Part shown: positions 33,916 to 38,862 of the stretch, one piece after another
Layout: each line of letters opens with the position of its first letter
Numbering within the stretch: position 1 is the first letter of the stretch
NCBI GenBank assembly: GCA_018714975.1
Contig: DVMN01000059.1
Location: forward strand, 1 to 38,862
Origin: Candidatus Limadaptatus stercorigallinarum
GTDB taxonomy: Bacteria > Bacillota > Clostridia > Christensenellales > CAG-917
Direction: 5' to 3'
Length of the DNA stretch: 38,862 nt
The notes under the pieces: model-generated
Database searches by the model: none
Seen by the model: the letters and a program-made list of their open reading frames with translations, nothing else
What the model was told of the DNA's origin: nothing
Translations under genes and position numbers: made by a program

Positions 33916-34740
33916 ATGACGTTGCTTTCTGTTCTTGCCGCCGTCGACCCGATGACCATACTCTGGTCCGCGCTGGTGCTGCTCGCGCTGGCGGCGGTGT
34001 TCGGCATTCTGCTTGCGGTGCTGGGCAAGAAATTTGCCGTCAAGGAGAACGAAAAGGAGAAAGAGATACGTTCGCACCTTTCGGGAGCGAACTGCGGCGC
34101 GTGCGGGTATGCCGGCTGCGACGCTTTTGCCAAGGCGCTCGCGGAAGGCAAAGCGGACGTGAACTCCTGTTCCGCCACGGCGGCGTCCGAGAAGAAGATT
34201 ATAGGCGAAATCCTCGGCGTGTCCGTGGACGCGGCGGAGACGAAGATTGTCGTCGCCTGCAACGGCGGAAACGCCGCGAAGGACAAGTACGAGTATATGG
34301 GCTACGGGAACTGCCGCAGTATGGAACTTCTGGGCGGCGGCAGAAAGGTGTGCCCGTGGGGATGCCTCGGAATGGGGTCGTGCACGGACGCGTGTCCCGA
34401 ACACGCCATAGACGTCCGCGACGGCGGCTATGCGGAAGTGGACCGCGAGAAGTGCATCGTGTGCGGCAAATGCGTCGCCGCGTGTCCCAAGAAACTGATA
34501 AAACGCGTGCCCGCGGACGCGAAAGTTTACATTGCCTGTTCCAACTGCCTGCGCGGCGGCAAGGAAGTGAAGGCGATGTGCGCCAACGGGTGCCTGGGGT
34601 GCGGGCTGTGCGCAAAGCTGTGTCCCGCGCACGCCATAACGATGACGGACAATCTGCCCGTCATAGACTACTCGAAATGTACGGGGTGCGGACTGTGTGC
34701 GTCCAAGTGCCCCGCCAAGTGCATAAAACACTGCGACTGA
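33916..34740 (+). CDS. rnfB: Rnf complex subunit B (polyferredoxin)
   Basis: N-terminal TM, CGACGYAGCDAFAKAL motif, then several CxxCxxCxxxCP clusters (CIVCGKCVAACP, CLGCGLCAKLCP, CTGCGLCASKCP). GAGGAGG upstream. Confidence 0.9.
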   Translation: MTLLSVLAAVDPMTILWSALVLLALAAVFGILLAVLGKKFAVKENEKEKEIRSHLSGANCGACGYAGCDAFAKALAEGKADVNSCSATAASEKKIIGEILGVSVDAAETKIVVACNGGNAAKDKYEYMGYGNCRSMELLGGGRKVCPWGCLGMGSCTDACPEHAIDVRDGGYAEVDREKCIVCGKCVAACPKKLIKRVPADAKVYIACSNCLRGGKEVKAMCANGCLGCGLCAKLCPAHAITMTDNLPVIDYSKCTGCGLCASKCPAKCIKHCD

Positions 34741-34816
34741 AAAGACAATATCAGCCCGGTCCCGCAGGCGGCGGGACAGAGAGGCGAAACGGCGCTTTGC
34801 GCCGAAAGGAGACCAT

Positions 34817-36331
34817 ATGGAAAAAATCGCTGTCATCGACCTCGGGTCAAACTCCGCAAGACTCGTCCTCGTCAACATTCTGGAAGGCGGCTATTTCGTC
34901 GTGTTCGACGAGCTGAAAGAAACCGTGCGGCTGGGGCAGGATATGGACTGGGACGGCATAATCAAACCCCAGCGCATAGCGCAGACAATCAAGACGCTGA
35001 CTATGTTCAGAAGACTTTGCGACGCAAACCACGTCGACAAGATATTCGCCTACGCCACCGCTGCGGTGCGCCGTGCGAAAAACCAGAAGAGTTTTCTCGA
35101 CGAAGTCGCGATGACGTGCGGGATAAAGATTAAAGTGCTCACCGTGGAGGAGCAGGCTCTGCTCATCTATCAGGGCGTCATAAATTCGATGGATATCCCC
35201 AAAGGGCTGATTATGGAGATGGGCGGCGGCTCCACCAATCTCATCTACTACAACCGCAGGAACCTCATCCATTACGAAACCCTGCCTTTCGGAACGGTCA
35301 CGCTTACGGACCTGTTCAAGAGTTACAGCTCCGAGCCCGAAACGCGCGCGGACAAGATAGAGGCGTTCATAGGAGAGCAGCTCGACAAGATAAGCTGGCT
35401 GGACAGCATAGAGCCCGACACGGCGTTCGTGGGCGTCGGAGGCGCATTCCGCAATCTCGGCAGGATAAGCCGTATGGTGAGGAAATATCCTTTCAATATG
35501 ACGCACGGATACGAAATCCCGATGTCGGAGTTCGACGGGCTTTACGCCACCATCCGCAAGCTGGACCTCGACTCGACGATGAAGATAAAAGGGCTTTCCA
35601 GCGGCAGGGCGGACATCTTCCCCAGTTCTCTCGCGGTCATCAAAGCGGTGCTTTCCCGCTTCGACTTCCCGAAGATAACCGTCAGCGGGTGCGGGCTGAG
35701 AGAGGGCGCGATGTTCCGTTATGCCGTGCCCGGCGTCAACGAACGGCCGCTCACCGACGTGCTCGGACATTCTTTGCATACGCAGATGAAATACTATGAC
35801 GTCAACGTCAATCACGCGGAGCACGTCTACAACCTCTGCATCCAGCTCTTCAAACAGCTCAAAGTCCTGCACAAGATGCCGAGGATGTATGTCCGCGTGC
35901 TCAAAATCGCGGCATTAATGCACGACACGGGGATGAGGATAAAGTATTATCATCACGAGCAGCATTCCTGCTACATCATCCTCAACAGCAACCTTTACGG
36001 CGTGCCGCACAAGGACCTCGTGCTGGCGGCTTTCGTAGCGGCGGGACACAGGAAGAACGAGATTGTAAAAGAAGACCTTATGCGCTACAAGGATATGCTC
36101 ACCGTCGAGGACGTGGACGCAATGCGTAAGCTCAGCGTCATCCTCCGCATAGCGGAGAGTTTCGACCGCAGCCAGAGCGGCGTCATCACGGGCATAACCT
36201 GCGACGTGCTGGGCGACAGCGTCATCATCAAGACGGAAACGGAAGGGGACTGCTCGCTGGAAGTGAAGGACGCACTCTCCGCGGCGCAGGAGTTCAAAGC
36301 CGCGTATGGCAAGAACCTGGAAATTCTGTAA
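34817..36331 (+). CDS. Ppx/GppA-family exopolyphosphatase / guanosine pentaphosphate phosphohydrolase with a C-terminal HD domain
   Basis: IAVIDLGSNSARLVLV (ASKHA phosphate-1 motif), MEMGGGSTNL, GVGGAFRNL, and an HD region LMHDTGM. AAAGGAGA upstream. Confidence 0.85.
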   Translation: MEKIAVIDLGSNSARLVLVNILEGGYFVVFDELKETVRLGQDMDWDGIIKPQRIAQTIKTLTMFRRLCDANHVDKIFAYATAAVRRAKNQKSFLDEVAMTCGIKIKVLTVEEQALLIYQGVINSMDIPKGLIMEMGGGSTNLIYYNRRNLIHYETLPFGTVTLTDLFKSYSSEPETRADKIEAFIGEQLDKISWLDSIEPDTAFVGVGGAFRNLGRISRMVRKYPFNMTHGYEIPMSEFDGLYATIRKLDLDSTMKIKGLSSGRADIFPSSLAVIKAVLSRFDFPKITVSGCGLREGAMFRYAVPGVNERPLTDVLGHSLHTQMKYYDVNVNHAEHVYNLCIQLFKQLKVLHKMPRMYVRVLKIAALMHDTGMRIKYYHHEQHSCYIILNSNLYGVPHKDLVLAAFVAAGHRKNEIVKEDLMRYKDMLTVEDVDAMRKLSVILRIAESFDRSQSGVITGITCDVLGDSVIIKTETEGDCSLEVKDALSAAQEFKAAYGKNLEIL

Positions 36332-36902
36332 ACCCGTCGTTCTCGCCTCGGCGTCGCCGCGCAGACTCGCGTTGCTTTCGGAAGTCGCGGACGACATCAC
36401 CGTGCTGCCCTCCGACGTGGACGAAAGCCGTGTGACGGCGTCTTCGCCGCGCGCGCTGGTCAGGGAGCTGTCGCGGCTGAAAGCACTTTCCGTGGCGGAA
36501 CGGCTGAACGGGGGCGACGTCGTCATAGGCGCGGATACGGTGGTTTATCTCGACAAATTGTACGGTAAACCCCGCGACCGTGCGGATGCGATAAGGATGC
36601 TTTCCGAGCTGAACGGAAAGGAACACTACGTCTTTACGGGCGTTACGGTCGTCGCCGACGGAGGGGTGCGCAAGTTTTCGGTGCGCTCCGCGGTGCGCTT
36701 CCGTTCGCTTGCGAAGGAAGAGATAGAGAGATATGTGGACGAATACCGTCCATACGACAAGGCGGGCGCGTATGCCGTTCAGGAAGGCGTCGTCGTCGGG
36801 TCTTACAAGGGCAGTCTCAGCAATATCATAGGGCTGCCTATGGAAAAACTCGTGAAGGTACTCAAAGAGGTGCAGAGTGGCTCAGATAGAATTATCCGTT
36901 GA
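36306..36902 (+). CDS. maf: Maf-like nucleoside triphosphate pyrophosphatase (septum formation protein Maf)
   Basis: VVLASASPRRLALL..., GADTVVYLD..LYGKP, KAGAYAVQE. Overlaps ppx by 26 nt. Confidence 0.85.
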   Translation: MARTWKFCKPVVLASASPRRLALLSEVADDITVLPSDVDESRVTASSPRALVRELSRLKALSVAERLNGGDVVIGADTVVYLDKLYGKPRDRADAIRMLSELNGKEHYVFTGVTVVADGGVRKFSVRSAVRFRSLAKEEIERYVDEYRPYDKAGAYAVQEGVVVGSYKGSLSNIIGLPMEKLVKVLKEVQSGSDRIIR

Positions 36903-37875
36903 CCTCGGAAGCAAGTTCGTCACCATTTATCAGAAAGGCATAGGGCTGGTGCTGCGCGAACCCGCGATTGCCCTTGCGGAAAAATCCGGCGACAAATACG
37001 TCATCCGCGAGGCGGGTTACCGCGCGGAAAGCATTATGTCCACCTCTCTCGGCGGCGCGAGGGTGATTGCTCCCATACGCGAAGGGCTCATCGTCGACGA
37101 CGAGATGTGCGTGCTTCTGCTGAAACATTTCCTCAAAAAAATACTTCCGTCCGGGCTGTTTCCGCCCCGTGTCGTTGCGATAGTCAGCATAAGCTGCGCT
37201 ATGACGGGCAGCGACCGCAAAGCGGTGGAGAAGTGCTTCCTCAAAGCGGGCGTGAAAGAAGTCACGCTGGTGGAGTCCCCTCTGTCGCTGCTTGCTTACA
37301 CGGGCAGCATAGGCGGGCTTTTCATCGACATCGGCGGCGGCAAGACGGAAGTCGCGTCCGTCACCAACCGCGGCATTGCCTGCGGCGTTGCGGTCAACAT
37401 TGCGGGCGACGCGTTCAACGCCGCGATAATTGACGAGGTGTACACACGTTACGGAGTGAAACTCGGCGACTATACGGTGGAGAAGATAAAGACTTCCGCG
37501 CTGTCGTTCTATCTCAACGACGAGGGCAGTTACGCCGTGTCGGGCGGCGGCAGGGACGGAGCGCCCCGCAGCGTGATGATTACGGCGGCGGATATGCGCG
37601 ACGCGGTGCTTCCGCTCGTCGACGACATCATCGAGGTCGTTATGAACGTGCTCAACCAGACTCCGCCCGAACTTTCCGCCGAAATCCTCCGCAAAGGCAT
37701 TTTCGTCACGGGCGGGTCCAGCCGCATTCCGGGGCTGAAAGAGTATATGGAGCAGGCGTTCGAGCTGCCGCTCACCCCTCTTTACGACGGACCGAACAGC
37801 GTGGCGATAGGCGGCGCGAAATTTTTGGACGACAAGAGGCTGCTCAGCGACCTCCTCGGCGTCAAACTCGACTGA
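36877..37875 (+). CDS. Divergent MreB/Mbl-family actin-like protein
   Basis: SVDLGSKFVTIY, REPAIAL, IREGLIVDDEM, FIDIGGGKTEVA, IAGDAFNAAI, FVTGGSSRIPGL. These are ASKHA/MreB motifs, but the N-terminal phosphate-1 motif deviates from the canonical DLGTANT. GTG start with GAGG 6 nt upstream; 26-nt overlap with maf. Confidence 0.75.
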   Translation: MAQIELSVDLGSKFVTIYQKGIGLVLREPAIALAEKSGDKYVIREAGYRAESIMSTSLGGARVIAPIREGLIVDDEMCVLLLKHFLKKILPSGLFPPRVVAIVSISCAMTGSDRKAVEKCFLKAGVKEVTLVESPLSLLAYTGSIGGLFIDIGGGKTEVASVTNRGIACGVAVNIAGDAFNAAIIDEVYTRYGVKLGDYTVEKIKTSALSFYLNDEGSYAVSGGGRDGAPRSVMITAADMRDAVLPLVDDIIEVVMNVLNQTPPELSAEILRKGIFVTGGSSRIPGLKEYMEQAFELPLTPLYDGPNSVAIGGAKFLDDKRLLSDLLGVKLD

Positions 37876-37912
37876 AGGCACGCTTTGACACGACGGTTTC
37901 AGGTACTTGGTT

Positions 37913-38623
37913 ATGGATAAAACGATAAAATTTGTATCAAAAATGGCTTTTTTGGTCATTTTTATAATTGCCTTGGCTATTATGATTTCGGCCATCGTTC
38001 AGAAAGTGAATGAAAAGCCTGAGCCTGAAATAGATTATGGATGGGTCGATGATAAAAAAGCAGAAGTATATCCTTTTGTAGTGTCTTATTTAAAAAAAAT
38101 GAAGCCACATAATGCGTGGTATATTGATAAGGTTGAAATAGATAGTAGAACTCCCATTTATTTGGATAAGTTGGGCGATTATTGTTTAGTTATTGATGGG
38201 TCTTATCTAATTCCAGACAAAGAATTTCCAGAGTTGTCGTTTATGGGGGAAATAAACTCATTTGTAATGATGCTTCAATATGATGGAGATAATGACAAGT
38301 TGTTTGTGGGAGAGGTTTTACCAACATTGACAGATCATCTGGAGCATAGCGACGATTTTACTGACGAAGAAGCTATCAACATGTATAACCGTGCCGTCAG
38401 GCAGCTGGAAGGCCAAATTCCGCAGAAAAAGTTATATCCGATAGAGAATACTGATGTATATAAAACGAATAGCACAATTGTTAATGGATACTACTATATT
38501 AGAGAATCGGGAGAGAAATATAAAGGAATCATATACGAATATAGTGTAACAATATCATGGAATAAGTACTATGGGCGGTATGATTATCATATAACGACAG
38601 ACTATGGACGAGAGTTGTACTAA
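37913..38623 (+). CDS. Orphan membrane-anchored hypothetical protein (Tyr/Asp/Lys-rich ectodomain)
   Basis: The only long ORF in the low-GC island. N-terminal TM MAFLVIFIIALAIMISAIV. I recognise no family motif. ATG 37913 is used here (TTG 37907 is an alternative start). Its A/T-rich codon usage contrasts with every other gene in the window. Confidence 0.6.
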   Translation: MDKTIKFVSKMAFLVIFIIALAIMISAIVQKVNEKPEPEIDYGWVDDKKAEVYPFVVSYLKKMKPHNAWYIDKVEIDSRTPIYLDKLGDYCLVIDGSYLIPDKEFPELSFMGEINSFVMMLQYDGDNDKLFVGEVLPTLTDHLEHSDDFTDEEAINMYNRAVRQLEGQIPQKKLYPIENTDVYKTNSTIVNGYYYIRESGEKYKGIIYEYSVTISWNKYYGRYDYHITTDYGRELY

Positions 38624-38684
38624 TGTAAGAAAAATGAGTTCGCAAATGTTAGGAGTGCTGGTGAAATGCTTGCGGAACTCGACC

Positions 38685-38712
38685 AAAACAGCTGCAGAAA
38701 GCAGCTGTTTTT
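38685..38712 (+). terminator. Intrinsic terminator downstream of the island ORF
   Basis: AAAACAGCTGC (38685-38695), loop AGAAA, GCAGCTGTTTT (38701-38711), then T. Confidence 0.7.
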
Positions 38713-38862
38713 GCGTGATGTAGCATAAGAAAAGATCTTGTGTGATGTCAAGCAAATAGTATGATAGCGCGAGGATATAATACCCCCGTCAATGTCTGGC
38801 TTCGTCGGGATGAGGGCCGAGGCGGCCTACGGATGAAACGGAGTCGAGCAGGGCGAGGTCGT

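Larger units (their letters stand above)
37876..38760. other. Low-GC island (compositional anomaly)
   Basis: Hand counts of 60-nt lines give 27% (37921-37980), 27% (38041-38100) and 40% (38401-38460) G+C inside the island, against 65% (36361-36420) in flanking DNA. The shift begins right after the mreB-like stop codon. Confidence 0.8.

Noticed and set aside
34755-34790. GTCCCGC...GCGGGAC hairpin after rnfB, considered as a terminator
   Set aside because: There is no T-tract after the stem, and ppx follows within 80 nt with its own SD. It may simply be a structured intergenic element, so I did not call it.
36306-36902. Two consecutive, identical 26-nt gene overlaps (ppx/maf and maf/mreB-like)
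   Set aside because: I looked for a shared sequence or frameshift signal at the two junctions and saw none. The equal lengths seem coincidental, and both downstream starts are the only plausible in-frame start codons.
38776-38862. TATAAT followed by GC-rich, seemingly structured sequence at the window edge (possible start of an ncRNA, riboswitch or next gene)
   Set aside because: I compared it by eye with the 5' ends of tmRNA, RNase P RNA, SAM, TPP, FMN and T-box elements and found no convincing match. The sequence is truncated by the window end.
1-38862. Scan for CRISPR arrays, tRNA/rRNA genes, IS elements, integrases, toxin-antitoxin pairs and known defence-system enzymes
   Set aside because: I saw no regularly spaced direct repeats, cloverleaf-like segments, rRNA-like conserved stretches, DDE/tyrosine-recombinase motifs, or nuclease/helicase/reverse-transcriptase motifs in any frame. 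The only tandem DNA repeat found is the 39-nt coding repeat in rnfG.

Overview
High-GC (about 65% in hand-counted lines) Firmicutes/Clostridia-like chromosomal segment; the taxonomy is an inference from gene content (clostridial rnfCDGEAB order, spore-associated families, SD-type ribosome-binding sites). I support about 36 protein genes and no rRNA, tRNA, CRISPR array, transposase or integrase.

Gene order, left to right:
- rplJ-rplL, followed not by rpoBC but by a TasA/camelysin-like secreted protein and a SipW-like protein that appears to lack its catalytic residues
- a uracil-DNA-glycosylase-superfamily gene, an O-antigen-ligase-like membrane protein and a DUF1540 gene
- rplI, an NPPY methyltransferase and rsmI
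- an orphan with a degenerate Fe-ADH/DHQS-like fold, then a HAD-IIA phosphatase
- a sodium:solute symporter and an M23 peptidase
- a tightly coupled five-gene operon: acyl-CoA ligase, BON-GlpA-like FAD enzyme, FAD/NAD oxidoreductase, DUF1667, and an alkyl-DHAP-synthase-like flavoenzyme
- murC
- a minus-strand block: a 1494-aa acidic surface protein with five CBM-like modules, a terminator, then a MurJ/SpoVB-like flippase, DUF421 and DUF4363
- two half-size TSUP (TauE/SafE) genes
- a complete rnfCDGEAB operon with unusual charged extensions
- ppx/gppA, maf and a divergent mreB-like gene
- an abrupt low-GC (about 27-40%) island carrying a single orphan membrane-anchored ORF

Most worth following up: (1) the acyl-CoA ligase/G3P-dehydrogenase-like/AGPS-like operon as a possible ether-lipid module in an anaerobe, (2) the TasA-like plus pseudo-SipW pair, (3) the giant CBM-repeat surface protein, (4) the low-GC island where mreCD would be expected.

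All domain calls come from reading motifs in the supplied translations. No database search was run. Many long ORFs on opposite strands or alternative frames are GC-driven shadow ORFs and were rejected.
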